Source: Podarcis pityusensis
Taxonomy: Eukaryota
Length of the DNA: 64,000 bases
Direction: 5' to 3' (one strand)
Assembly (NCBI GenBank): GCA_964106645.2
Contig: OZ067052.1
This document shows positions 12,129-25,218 of this stretch, in pieces. Each line of letters begins with the position of its first letter. Position 1 is the first letter of the stretch. The notes under the pieces are model-generated. The model did not search any database, was not told where the DNA came from, and saw only the letters and a list, made by a program, of their open reading frames with translations. The position numbers were made by a program, and so were the translations under genes.

Positions 12129-12240
12129 TGCGTGCGCAGTGCGAGTGCAACAGCCTTCCTGCCCCAGAAGAGCTTGCGGTGGGTGGGAAGTGAGGAGGGA
12201 GCTCTGGCACCTTTTTCTTCTTCAAATAATAGCACCTCTT
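11294..12240. mobile_element. Tc1/mariner-type MITE left end followed by long GC-rich interior; right TIR not found, end approximate
   Basis: TA|CCGTATTTTTCGCCCTATAGGA terminus related to the TIRs at 20893 and 55009; sub-terminal inverted copy cgtcctatggggcgaata. Confidence 0.6.
12060..12126. repeat. Compound microsatellite (CT)n(GT)n(GA)n
   Basis: Read directly. Confidence 0.95.
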
Positions 12241-12297
12241 CCAGGTATTATTGGACTCCCTAACCTCTCCCATCTTCCCTGACTATACTGACTGGGG

Positions 12298-12352
12298 CAG
12301 AGGTCAGCAACCTTTTTCAGCCTCAGACCATGTGGTGGGCTGGACTATATTT

Positions 12353-12383
<31 letters not shown>

Positions 12384-12546
12384 TGAACGAATTCCTATGC
12401 CCCACAAATAACCCAGAGGTGCATTTTAAATAAAAGGACACATTCTACTAATGTAAAAACATGCTGATTCCTGGACCATCCACTGGCCGGATTGAGAAGG
12501 CGATTGGGCCGGATCCGGCCCCCGGGCCTTAGGTTGCCTACCCCTG
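12298..12546. mobile_element. hAT (Charlie-like) MITE containing a (TAA)n tract
   Basis: Termini CAGAGGTCAGCAACC and GGTTGCCTACCCCTG; 8-bp TSD GACTGGGG / GATTGGGG. Confidence 0.85.
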
Positions 12547-15500
12547 GATTGGGGCAACCTTGGGAGGGCCACATGGTAGATATTGGTAGTATTTCCATCT
12601 TTCTCTCCATGTGCTGCCCTGTTCTGTGATGCCTTCACTTTACTCACAACCTAAGAACACAGGAAACTGCCTTTTATCGTCAGGTCTGCCTGTTTGTGCA
12701 TCTCGTCCAATGCTGTCTGTTATTCTGGCTCTCAATAGGCTCTCATCACACACTACCGGAATCCTTTTAGCTAGAACAAACTATTTTATTCTCTCTGTGT
12801 GTGCACATGTGTGAAAGAATAGAAAAAGGTGATTGAACTGGTTAAAAAAACAAAAACCTTAGAAATTTGCCTGTGTGAAAATAAAGACACTTGCATAGAC
12901 TTCACATCAGGCCCAGGTGTTTCTTGCTTCTGTAAGATATGAATTTTTGTGTGATAAGTTTTTTGCAGGGTCTCTTGAGTTGATCGCCAGTGTGGACGCC
13001 TGTATCACCCTGCCTTCTAAGGCAACCAGGACAGTTCACACATGGGCATATAAATAGAAGCAACAATTCAGCAGCTATTTTTTACCACCGGAACACCCAT
13101 AGAAATTTAGGGAGGCTCTTTTTGTGCTTGTTACCTGACCTGAAGGCATCAGCTGCTGTGGATTTTGGCAAGCCTGCAGCACAGGCAGCGGCAGTGCAAA
13201 CATCCTACGCACTGTTCCAGCCCCAATTCCTAGGAAGTCCATTTTTGGCAGTGGGCAAACTTTTTTGCTTGTACATAATTTTTCCACTAATGGCAGTAGT
13301 TTTGTAGTAGTGCACACAGAATAGGTACGGTTTCATGAACTGTGTATCAGCCAGCGCAGCTGAAATAGCCATCTCATTGAGATGCCTCAGGACATTCAAA
13401 CTTGCAAACCAATATTCTTTTCATGGAGGTGGCCATAAAAGCAGGAGACGATTTACATCTGCAGGCCTTTGCTTTGAAATGGTGGTGGCCTTGTAGCAGT
13501 GTTAATTAGAAACCAAGTGGGGATTTTAATTTGAAGTATTCCTATTTCTTTAGTTATTGCTTGTTGCATCTGATAATTTTGGATTGTGAATGCCTGTGGC
13601 ATAGTTGTGTGTGCTAGGATCCTTACTCTTTTTTCGTATTCTGGTTATAGGAGCATGCAACATTTTCCTGCTTTTCATGGCATGCTGACTTGCACTTCAT
13701 TTGATCTTGTGACAATAAAACCTCCCATTCCTTTCACTTTTGTCTGTGTATAGGCAATATTTTTTACTTACCTGAGAGCAGTCTGCCACCCCCAAGCCAG
13801 TGCCCAGTCATAGCCTCTTAAGAGCATGCCATTTGCACAGTGCTTATTTCATGGACCCAGAGTGCTTGTGTAGTTCAGCTAATCTGTACAGTACCTTTTA
13901 TCTATTGTATAGTACATTAATTACCTAGATAATGAATTATATCTGTTCAAAGCTTCCGCTTGTGCAGGTCCTCAGTGGTGCAGATTGTGGAGCCTTCTAG
14001 GTCCAATACAGATTTAGCACACTCTGTTAACTGTAATTTTACTTTGAAGTTTATTACATGTTTGTCCCACCCTTCTGCCAGGGAATTCAAGGTGGTATAC
14101 TCATTTGGCACCTCCTAATTTTATCCTCATAGGAACCCTGTAGGTTAAAGCTGAGAAATCTTGACTAGCTCTACGTGACCCACGAAGCTTCATGGTCAGC
14201 TAATGATTCACTTGAACCTTTTGGTTCCAGTCTGACAGTAACCACTCTGCTACGTGATTGGGAGCCGGATGTGGCAGACACAGGCCTCTCCATAGAGTGC
14301 ACTTTACCTTCCTTTATTACGGAAGGTACATGGCACCAGCATTGATCAAGGTTTAGGCTAGCCAAGTTTAATTCCTTGTGCAGGATTTGAAGTTTGGTAA
14401 CAAGCCTTGCTTCGGAGGACATTAGGCTAGACTGCACTCTCACTTTTAAAATATAAAAACTATACAGTTCCCTGCAGAGTCTTGGGGATCTAACCTGCAA
14501 ATAGATGATGTAGTAGCAGTCATTTTGGATGATGTCTTTAGGTTTGGAAAGTTTTGCTGATGGCAATATTGAGTAAAGTAGTGGGGGTAAGGAGTATTCT
14601 AGGAAATGATACTTAGAAGATGATATTCAGCACTCATTAACATTGAGATGTGGGTGGCAAATGCTGAACGAGGAAAGCACATGAAAATGCCCTAAAGACC
14701 AGAGCTGAGGTAGAAGGAATGAAAGAAAAATTGTCACTTGCATGGTTTTTGTTTTTTTAAAGGAACAAGAACTAATAGAAAGTTCAAACTACTTGATTTT
14801 TTCCAGGGTAATTTTCTGCTTTCTCCTAAGATTCCCCAGATATAAAGCATTTTCCTTTGCAAAGGAAATTGTTGGAAATTGCTCAGTTAAAATGAGCAAC
14901 TCTGATTTTCCAAAATTAAAGTGGCATTTGCTTCCCATCTTAATACTTCTAATGTATTAGTTAACAGTGGCAAAGGATGTTTTGAAGCAGGAAAGGACTC
15001 TCGGTTGAGGGTCCATCCACGCTTTCCTTTGTGCCGCACTTTCTAGGCACAACTCCAGGATTTCTAGGTCCATGTCCAAGCAGGGGTTTGGGGTTTGGGG
15101 TTTTTTTTGGGGGGGGGTCCCACTCTTTTCCCTAGGAAAACCAGCTGTTTATCACTGAACTGAACTAATTGAACTAATTGAACCATCTATGCCCATTTAA
15201 ACTCTGCGTGTGCAGAAATTCTTGTTTCTGTTTGTTACTGTGGTATATTTTTTGTGTTTTTGTATTGTAAACTTCCCTTTAACCTTTTGATGAAGGGTGC
15301 AACATAACACAACACAACACAACAACAACAACAACAACAACAACATGAGGTCAAAATACAGTGACTGCTGCACACTCCTCCTTCATCTTATAGCATAAGG
15401 TGGACAGTTGCCTGAACAGCTATTGACACCACTCCTCTTTGATTTGGTGAGCCAAGTCTAATGTTAGCTCTTGCGCTGTAGAATAACGTTTGTATATGGG

Positions 15501-16822
15501 AAACCACGTTCCAGTCCCTGTTCAGCTGTGTGTTTCAGTGGATGGATAGCCTCGGACGCATCGGAGTCTCCTTTTCCCCACAGGAGGGTTCTGAGATTAA
15601 ACTAGTGCTCTGAACTCTTTGGTAGAAATGCAGGCCAAATACGCATTGCACCTTCTTTTTTGGTGAGTGGCAGTGGGGAATTGGGCCCTGTTCTTGGATT
15701 CCCCTTGCCGTCGGAAGCTATGCACTTCTGCCTCTCTTGGTCCTGGAATCCTAGTGGAAGTAGAAGAAAACAATCTTGTTATACTTCCAGTTACACTAGA
15801 CTTTTTGTGCACCATCCTGACTTCATCTTGCTCTCAACGACCATTGGCCCCTAAAGCAGAAGAAACAGGTGTGCAAGAAGCCTTGTACAGTTGTGAGGCA
15901 GTTTGACAGGGGTGCATTTGAGCTGTATGATAAATGCAGTTCTGTGGTCAGCTGGCTACCTGCCTAGTTCTACTTCCTTTTTGTTTTTGTGTTTAGTTTA
16001 GGGCTTGTAGTGGTTTAAGACTGTGTGGTGTGTCTGCTATTGCCACACCTTGCAACTCAAGTGTCCAAAGTGAGCTGTAGCTTGCAAGAATGCCCTGCTA
16101 GAAGACCCTCTTTTGTGGACCTTGATTAATAAGCCAGCATTATATGAATGTGTGTTTTCTTCTGTTTAAGAAAAAGGTGATCTACTAGAGATCTTACTGT
16201 ATGGACAGCCTCACAGCTGAATCATAGTGAGCAATAATTATTGAACCAAAGTGGACCCCTCACAGCTTTCCTCTGTCTGCTCTGCCAATATCTGAATTCC
16301 AGTTACTCTTTATGAGCATTTTGTGTGTGGGTTTTTTTTTTAATAATAAAAAAACTAAATATTGCTTCTAAATATGTCTTCATGAGTGGGTTATGGGGGG
16401 GGGGGAGATGTTTGTTTGAATTGCTCTGAAAATCATTCAGTACTAATTTTCCCATCATCTGATTGCTGTTGAGAATCAGAAAATAAATTCCCATGTAGGT
16501 GGGGGATTCATATAAATATTAGATATTTTGTTTTCGATTTCTAGCCGTGGTTCTGGAGATGTAAAGCCCTTTTCATGCCAACCATGGGTGATATGTTTTC
16601 TACCGATTACGGGGGGAGCCCTTAGCAAGTAAGATGCTTGAGTGGGATTTGATGTGCTTTATCTATTGCTATTTGTAGACTAGTCTATTCTTGGGCTTTA
16701 CACTTGGAAAGATGGCATGCTGGCTGCATTGGGTGGAGTGGTGGTTTTTTTCTTTTTCTTTTTTTTTGTTTTAATTATACTCCAACGTTTTTAGCTGATT
16801 TGGCTTCTGTTCCTTTTCACAG

Positions 16823-16863
16823 GTCGAGAGAGATTTTGAACGGGAGTATGGGAAGCTGCAGCA
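16823..16863 (+). CDS. BIN3: BIN3 internal coding exon (human exon 3 equivalent), VERDFEREYGKLQ(Q)
   Basis: Pyrimidine tract ttccttttcacag|GTC...CAGCA|gtaagt; 41 nt; peptide matches recalled vertebrate BIN3; phase 0 to phase 2, compatible with the next exon. Confidence 0.95.
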
Positions 16864-17701
16864 GTAAGTGTTCTTAATTCAGCTTCTTGTGGTTCCATTC
16901 TTGGTGTATTCTCTCTCCATCCTTAAACCTTGCCTGTACTGGTTTGTTCTTTTGCTTCACCCTGGATTCCTTGTGACTGTTAGGACTGAGGGTTGTTTCT
17001 CAAACATCATGAAAGGCATGAAATAATGATTTCTGTATAGGTAATTGCACTTGAATTTGCATGTCTGTAAAGCAAGGGTGAGGACCCTACAGCCCACCAG
17101 GCCTCCCCATTTGGCCCACGTGTGGCAGCTAAAATTGCAGCTAGGCCCCAAAGAGGTTTTCAGCTGTCAGTTGATAGGTGGTGCCTGTGAAACTTGTGAA
17201 GCTGATCATGGGGGTTTCAGAGTGCAGCCCAGGGCTGTCTGCAAGCCCTGCTGATCAGTTGATTGGTGTGGTTTGAAGGGAGCCCTGCGCAACCGAAGCT
17301 CTGACAAACACTTGGTATAGGCTGCAGTAGGGAGTTGGAAATGCTTCAGGAACACCAGGGTGTAGCCTAAGGGGCAGGAGGAAGTGACTTCAGTTTAAAG
17401 CACTTCTTCCAGCATTTTAAATCCAAACTGCTTTCTTTTAAAAAAATTCCTTTCAAAATGGAGCATTTATTGTCTCCTGAGAAAGCAGTTTGTATTCAAA
17501 GTGCTTTCCCAGCACTTTGAATACAAACTGCCTTCTCTACATGGGGAAACACTCTGGTTTCAGAGCAGTTCCCCCTCTGCAAAGACTTCATAGGGGCTTC
17601 CTGGTAGTGATGATCAGCTGATTGGTGGTTACAGGAAGCCTCTTTGAATATATGCTCCCCGAATCAATCATCTAATTGGCGCTGAAAGTGTGTCTTCAAA
17701 G

Positions 17702-18811
17702 TCATAGAATCATAGAATCATAGAGTTGGAAGAGACCACAAGGGCCATCGAGTCCAACCCCCTGCCAAGCAGGAAACACCATCAGAGCACTCCTGACATA
17801 TGGTTGTCAAGCCTCTGCTTAAAGACCTTCAAAGAAGGAGACTCCACCACACTCCTTGGCAGCAAATTCCACTGTCCAACAGCTCTTACTGTCAGGAAGT
17901 TCTTCCTAATGTTTAGGTGGAATCTTCTTTCTTGTAGTTTGGATCCATTGCTCCGTGTCCGCTTCTCTGGAGCAGCAGAAAACAACCTTTCTCCCTCCTC
18001 TGTGTGACATCCTTTGATATATTTGAACATGGCTATCATATCACCCCTTAACCTCCTCTTCTCCAGGCTAAACATGCCCAGCTCCCTTAGCCGTTCCTCA
18101 TAAGGCATCGTTTCCAGGCCTTTGACCATTTTAGTTGCCCTCCTCTGGACACGTTCCAGTTTGTCAGTGTCCTTCTTGAACTGTGGTGCCCAGAACTGGA
18201 CACAGTACTCCAGGTGAGGTCTGACCAGAGCAGAATACAGTGGCACTATTACTTCCCTTGATCTAGATGCTATACTCCTATTGATGCAGCCCAGCATTGC
18301 ATTGGCTTTTTTAGCTGCCGCGTCACACTGTTGGCTCATGTCAAGTTTGTGGTCAACCAAGACTCCTAGATCCTTTTCACATGTACTGCTCTCAAGCCAG
18401 GTGTCCCCCATCTTGTATTTGTGCCTCTCCTTTTTTTTGCCCAAGTGCAATACTTTACATTTCTCCCTGTTAAAATTCATCTTGTTTGTTTTGGCCCAGT
18501 TCTCTAATCTGTCAAGGTCATTTTGAAGTGTGCTCCTGTCCTCTGGGGTGTTAGCCACCCCTCCCAGTTTGGTGTCATCTGCAAATTTGATCAGGATGCC
18601 CTTGAGTCCATCATCCAAGTCGTTGATAAAGATGTTGAATAAGACCGGGCCCAAGACAGAACCCTGTGGCACCCCACTAGTCACTCTTCTCCAGGATGAA
18701 GAGGAACCATTGATGAGCACCCTTTGGGTTCGGTCAGTCAGCCAGTTACAAATCCACTGAGTGGTAGCATAGTCAAAACCGCATTTTACCAGCTTCTTTA
18801 CAAGAATATCA
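17702..18811 (-). mobile_element. Young 5'-truncated CR1 LINE, same subfamily as 7310-9016
   Basis: ORF 17782..18720 with RT motifs; about 18 differences from the first copy over about 1.1 kb by eye. Confidence 0.97.
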
Positions 18812-19636
18812 CTTCACTGATCAGCTGATAGGTTGCTAGAGTAACTTCCTTTTGATAGATGCCAAATACCTGCAGCTATGATGACATCAGGTGGTGATCC
18901 TGGCAACCTTTCGAAGTTGGTCCACAGGTGGTGGGGGAGATGAGGATCTAGCGTGCTGGTCAGCCCCTATTCCCCATGCTCTGGGAAGCTACAACTCTGT
19001 ACAGCTTCCTGACACCTCTATAGTGTGTTTATATTCATGCTTTATGGTTAGTTGCACACAAACATGTTAATGCCTATACAAGACAAATGCCTTCTGTGTA
19101 GGAGTTTTGTAACATGAAGCAGCTCAGGTTTCCTTTCATTTGAAGCTCTGTCTGGCTTTTGAACTTGAAATTGGCTTCCTCTTTTTGGTGAGTCACTTCA
19201 CCTTGGTTGGAATTGTCTTATAATCTGTTCCTCTTGCAAATACGTTCCTCACTCCAATCTCAATTCTGCAATGAAGTGTTGCTCCCCCTCCCCGCAAAAA
19301 GAGTGATGTGCGACATCCATTTGTTTTGCTAGTAGCTGATAGCCATTTTCTTCACTTACATCACGATTGAGCAGCAAGAAGGAAATCAGCAGACCAAGGA
19401 ATGATCAAATAGGGTAGATACTATTTCCTACCTGATATTTCCAAATCTGGATGTTTGCATCCAGCCCATTTGTTGTTCTCTGGTAAAAGAAAGCAGGAGT
19501 GCCTGCCTCTGTGTGTGAGGCAAAGTAGAAGCATGTTTGTATGACGCACTATTGGACTCAGGTCACATTTCACATCAAAGAGGAAAATCATTTACTGTTT
19601 CCAATGACGTGAACTTCAGGGCCCTTCCTTGTACTT

Positions 19637-19915
19637 TATTATTATTAAATTTATATATTGCCCTATACCTGTGGGGCTCAGGGCAGTTCACAGGGTAAAA
19701 TTGCAAGATAAAATCACCAAATACATAATCAAAACAAAAACAACCCGATAATCCCCCCAAACACATTTTAAAAGGGCATTGGATGTTAATTAGCCAAAGG
19801 CCTGGTTGAAAAGGAACATTTTTGCCAGGCGCCTCAAGGTAAATAATGTAGGCTTCAGGTGAACCTTCCTGAGGAGAGCATTCCACAAACAGGGAGCCAC
19901 TGGAAGAAAGGCCTC
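19637..19915 (-). mobile_element. L2-like LINE 3' fragment
   Basis: AT-rich tail, gggctcagggcagttcaca end motif and gagagcattccacaa...gggagccac typical of squamate L2 3' ends. Confidence 0.55.
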
Positions 19916-20892
19916 AGAAGATGATCTCAGTACAGTAGAGAGATTCAAACAATTTGAAAAAAGTGCTTCATGTGTCCCAAGTACTAGTTCATCCTTGTTG
20001 GATAGTGGAATTATAGCTTTTCCCTGTTAGACACCTTTTCCCTCTCTCAACTAAAAAACCTCCAAATACTTTTGACTCCCCCCCCCCCCATCTTATACAA
20101 CCCTATACACAGAACAGCCAGTCCGTGTTTGCAAACTGAACAACAGAAGGCTGAGACAGGAAAAGAACACAAGTGTGTCGCGAAATCAAAACCCCAGGAA
20201 CTGATTTCATTCCCCACCCCCAAGCATCCCGTGTTACAATTGTGAGGCTTTGGAAAGACGTTAAATTTCAGGATCTGTAATATTGGTATCAACAGATTTG
20301 GAAGATTGCTCTTTTTGAAAAGCTTGCTACAATATGTGATCAGTAAAAATGATACCCTTTTGTAACACTCTGGCATCCATTTTTTTAGTTCATTAATGCA
20401 TAGGAAAATAATAGATTGATTCCTACTCAGTATCGGTCAGTGTGGTATTTTAAATTTTAGGCTATAAATGAAGGGGTGTTAAATTGGGTTTTCTTTTGTA
20501 ACCAGGTTGCATGCTGAGCAGTCGGCAACAGATTGGTTCTGTAGACTCTTGGGGAGAGGGCTGTGGGGTTGAAACAAAAGTATTTGTTTGTATTTTGGGT
20601 TGTAATGACTATGATATATGCTGCATCTGAATACTTTTTGGAAAACACAGTCACGATTATAAATAATAAAAAAGAAATGTTCTCTATTAACCATCAACCT
20701 CTTCAATCTTGCCTGCTTCTCCCTGTTTTGTATTCTTACTCCAGCTTAATCCTCCAAAATTACTAGCCCCATGTTGTTGCTAGCCTGTCTCCCTTCTCAT
20801 ACTTACCACGGTCCTTTTTGGCCCATTGATTTATTTTTTTAAGAACACGCTTCCAGTTTCATAACATTTGCAAGCTCGGTTGCTCAGAGGTA

Positions 20893-21056
20893 CCATATTT
20901 TCCCGTCTATAAGACATCCCCATGTATAAGACGCCCCCTATTTGGGGGACTCAGATTTAAGAACATGGGGGGCGATGGCCCAGAGTATGAGACTCCCCCT
21001 AATTTTTGACATTATTTTTAGGCGGGAAACCTAGTCTTATACACTGAAAAATACGG
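20893..21056. mobile_element. Tc1/mariner MITE
   Basis: TA TSD on both sides; imperfect TIRs CCATATTTTCCCGTCTATAAGAC and GTCTTATACACTGAAAAATACGG. Confidence 0.85.
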
Positions 21057-21225
21057 TAATTATTTCTTAAAACAGGTGGCCAAGCAAATTATATATTTCA
21101 AGCATTACTTCTCCTGTATCTTTCCTCCTCCGGCCATCCTTCCTTCTCTGTATTGCAGGCTTGAACTGGCCACTGCCCCACTGCTTCTCCTGAGTCATCT
21201 GTAAATTGCCCAGTAGTAAGAATTC

Positions 21226-21253
21226 CACACACACACACACACACACACACACA
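21226..21253. repeat. (CA)14 microsatellite 44 nt upstream of BIN3 exon 4
   Basis: Read directly. Confidence 0.95.
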
Positions 21254-21297
21254 CCAACAACAACAACCCCAAAACAAATCTCAATTTTCTGTTTTAG

Positions 21298-21359
21298 GCT
21301 GGAAGATCAAACTAAGAAACTCCAAAAGGATATGAAGAAAAGCACAGACGCAGACCTAG
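21298..21359 (+). CDS. BIN3: BIN3 internal coding exon (exon 4 equivalent), LEDQTKKLQKDMKKSTDADL
   Basis: ttttctgttttag|G CTG GAA...CTA G|gtaaga; 62 nt; peptide visible in ORF 21206..21388. Confidence 0.95.
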
Positions 21360-21938
21360 GTAAGATGAACGCATTAAATGGGGACTAAGCCGACAAGGAT
21401 CTTTTTCTAGGGTTTTGTTGCACATACATTGTGGAGCTGTGATTCATCCATTTCTCAGTGGTCAGAATGCTTCCTTTTACAAAAATACACTTTAAACTGT
21501 GGCTTACCAATAAACCAGTGTGAATCAATAGCAAATCCATTTCATTGACCTGTATGGATACAATATTAAGGAAGTTTCTGGCTAATGCATGACTTAGCTT
21601 CATTTGGCCGGGACAGAGTGATAAGCATAGGAAGTCATGAGCATGCTGGCTGACTCTCTCTGCATCTCTCTTAACTTACTGACACAGCTGTTTGCTTCAG
21701 AAATCTCAGAGAAAAATGTCTGGCCTCCAGGTGTTTATGTACTTTTGTGCATTGGCCCCTTGTTTCAATGCTCGTGTAACTTCTTCCTCATGAACCCCAT
21801 TCAAGCCCATTAACCAGTGATGCATCTAAAGCAAGGAGACCGAACAAGGTGAAGGCAGAGGCAGAGTATGGTTTGGTGGTCCACAGTGTGTTTCATCCAG
21901 TTGCGGATATTTTGCCATTGCTGCTGGTCATAGGAACA

Positions 21939-22093
21939 GTCACACTTCTTTGAAGTCTCTCAGCCCCACTCACCTCACAGAGTGTTTGTTGTGGGGGAGG
22001 AAGGGAAAGGAGAATGTTAGCCGCTTTGAGACTCCTTAAAAGGAGTGAAAGGCGGGATATCAAATCCAAACTCTTCTTCTTCTTCTTCTTCTT
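21939..22093 (+). mobile_element. 5'-truncated Squam3/POM-type SINE with (CTT)n tail
   Basis: Near-identical to the 3' half of the full copies at 54250 and 56108. Confidence 0.88.
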
Positions 22094-24224
22094 GTGATAA
22101 AGGAAATCAGAAAGGAAATCAGTAACCACCGAGTATGGTTTGGTGGTCCACAGTGTGTTTCATCCAATTGCGGATATTTTGCCATTGCTGCTGGTCATAG
22201 GAACAAAAATGAGGCTTCTCATTCCTCGGAACCCATAAACCCTTAGTACTTCTCCACCTCCAGTCTTTGGGAAATGGCCATGTGCAGAAAATAACAGTTT
22301 TTCTAAAGAATGAAACTGGGAGGGTGTTATGTGAAAAGCTGGAAATGCAGTGTTGTCAATCCCAAAGGCAGCTAATGGTCTGAAAGGCAAGTTATTAAAT
22401 AAAATAAAATAAAATAAAATAAAATAAACCTTATTTAAACTATTCTCGCAACTACGCAAGAGGAATGAATCTTACTGTTTCCATTTCTACCCTCCACCCC
22501 AAGAATACAGAATTCATGTTTGCAAAGGTTAGAATTTGGATTTCTTTTTGACCTTGAATGTGCTCAGCAATGCTAAGAATGGCAGCAAACCATATAACAG
22601 GAATGGGGAAACTGTGGTCCACCAAATGTTGCTAGACATTTCTGACCATTGGCTGGGTGTGCAGGGCTGATGGGAACTGGAGTCCAGCAGCAACAACAGG
22701 GCCCATACCTGATTTAGACAAAGATGCCTCTAAGTGTGTAGAGCTTACTGTAAGGGGGAGATTACACTTGCTCTTCTCTACCTTACATTTGTACATCCCT
22801 TTAAAAGAAGGGACCTATACATACACAGCTCAAGGTGTGTAGGCCTCGTTACATGACTTTTCAGACTGCAGCTGCTTGTCTTTGGCCCTGTGTGCGCTGA
22901 CCCTGTTCAAATACCCTGACATCAGACGTTGTGGGGCAGGTGGGCTAGGCGTCCAGGGCAGTTACAGTCTCCATCTCTTATAGGCGCTACGTGAAGGATG
23001 GCTCAACGGTGGCCCTCCAGATGTTGCTGGACTACAACTCCAATCATCACTGCCGATAGGGATGTTTGTAGGGGAACTACTGCCCTGCAGGCTTAAAGCC
23101 ATATCTGCACACCCACACGCAGGAAGCGCAAATGGTTCAGGTCATGAAGAAACAACTCAAAACTTTTTTAGAAAATCTCCCACTAGTCCATTGTTACAGT
23201 TGCCCAGTAAGATTTTCCTTGCAGAGAATTCCTCTCTCCTCCCTTTCAGTGGGTGTTTTATATGGATCACTTCAAACCCCAAAGGATCTGTGGGAGGATT
23301 CTCTCTCCCCCGCCCCACTCCCCCTTCAGCTGTGTGGCATCATCACAAATCAGCTCAGACGCTTGCCCAGATAGCAAGAGATGATTTTGCATTTTGAGGC
23401 ATGTCATCCTGAATTATGGACTGACAGTGGCTATTTCTTTGTTTTGCTTGTCCTTCCTGCTAGTGAGTGGAAACTGGGACAAATCCAAATCTGGCTGGAT
23501 GCTGTTTGGCAAAACCTAATTACACATTCAAACCCTCTGGAGCATTGCTTTCTCCACCTCCCAGTAACTGTGAGAGCTGACTGTTTAGTTGGATTGAACA
23601 GTTTATATTTTCCCAGGTCTAGCATAAGTCTGGCAGTGTATTAGCTGTGCTATGTCCCATTCCTCTGTGCATCCAGTCCTTCCATTGCATTGATGGAAGG
23701 ATGATTGTTTACTTGACCAGTACTGTCATGTTGGACTAGGTCAGCCTTGGGTCAGATATCCGGCTTCTGCTGCAAATAACTTGGTTACTCCAGCTGAATG
23801 TGTAGCAGCACTCCTGGCAAATACTTCATTAGCAGCACATACACAAGGGAACATCACAAGCATGGCTACAAAGTGATCAGTGACTTTGAGAAATATATTT
23901 TTGTTATCATCACCACCATCATTGTTTATTTAATTTGTTACTGCCCTGTACCCACTGGTCTCAGGGCGGTTCACAGGACAAAATCACAACACAAAAAATA
24001 AATGCTATGTTGTGTCTGCATGTGGTCTCCAAAAACCCAATGCCCTTACCCAAATTCCTTATATTTGCTAAACCAACAAGTGGCACTTGAAAACATTTCT
24101 CTTTGTAGTTCTTTCATTATTTCTCCCATTTCAATATGTCACCTTTCTTCTTTAGTTCTTAATTTCCTACTGCTTTTCTTAACTGTCTTTTTAAAATCTG
24201 TTTATTAAATTTATATCAATCTCC

Positions 24225-24372
24225 CTCGGGATGTTGTAAACTCTCCTTCCTTGGAGGTTTTTAAGCAGATATTGGATAGTCATCTGTCATGGACACTTCA
24301 GCTGGAATTCCTGCATTGCAGGGGGTTGCACCTTGAGGTCCCTTCCAACTCTACGATTCTATGATTCTTTGA
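24225..24372 (+). mobile_element. CR1 3'-end fragment
   Basis: ccttccttggaggtttttaagcaga...ccttccaactctacgattctatgattct. Confidence 0.8.
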
Positions 24373-25081
24373 TATTATATCCTGCCCTCCCTCCACCCTA
24401 CTGGATGTAGTTATAGAGAGTAGGAGATTCCACACACTCCTTGCGTCTCCGTAGACATTTTCCTTCCATGAAAACCCAATTTTATTTTTACCAGCAGTGC
24501 CCCACCCAAACAAGTGCTGCAAATTGATATTTTTACCTAGATGATTATGCTATTTGTGTAGTTATTTTATATTTTATTTTATTTTATTTTATTTTATTTC
24601 TAATAAGACTTTCATATTAAAGGGATCCCCAGGCAATGTACAGCAACCAATAGCATACAATATATCGAATCACTTTTCATTTAAAATGATAAAACAATCT
24701 AACTGCAAAATTTGCTGTCAAATGGCGAACAAAAGAGGTCTTACCCCACCCCTCCCCAAATGCATGATGAAACGGAAATGATATCTTAATGAAAAGCACT
24801 TTTTAGGCCTTCTAAGTAAGTAATAGTGCTATGTTTTGCCATCCTGATTAGATACACAATTTATATTAGTTTCACTAATAGAGATACTGGTTATATATTT
24901 TTTATTGCGTTTACTTCATGGAGCTCATCACTCGCTTCTTCCGTCTCATTTTACCTTGCAGCAACACTGTAAGGTAGGAGAAGCTAAGAGGTCCTGAGTG
25001 GTCCAAGGCCACTCACAAAGCTTCACAACTGTGTGGGGATTTGAACCTAGATCTTTCCAGTCCTAATCCAAAGCCACAGCC

Positions 25082-25218
25082 CAGGAGTGACTAACCTGTG
25101 GCCCTTAAGATGCAGCTGGGCACCACTCTCATTGGCCCCAATCGTTGACCATGCTAGCTTGAGTGAAAGGGTGATGGATTCCAACGACAGCTGGAGGGCT
25201 GCAGGTTAGTCACTCCTG
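25082..25218. mobile_element. Short hAT-like MITE
   Basis: Perfect 17-bp TIR CAGGAGTGACTAACCTG; TSD not recognisable. Confidence 0.7.

Noticed and set aside
11291-12263. Overlapping long ORFs (314, 253 and 173 aa)
   Set aside because: Low-complexity products of GC-rich MITE interior and microsatellite; no recognisable domain
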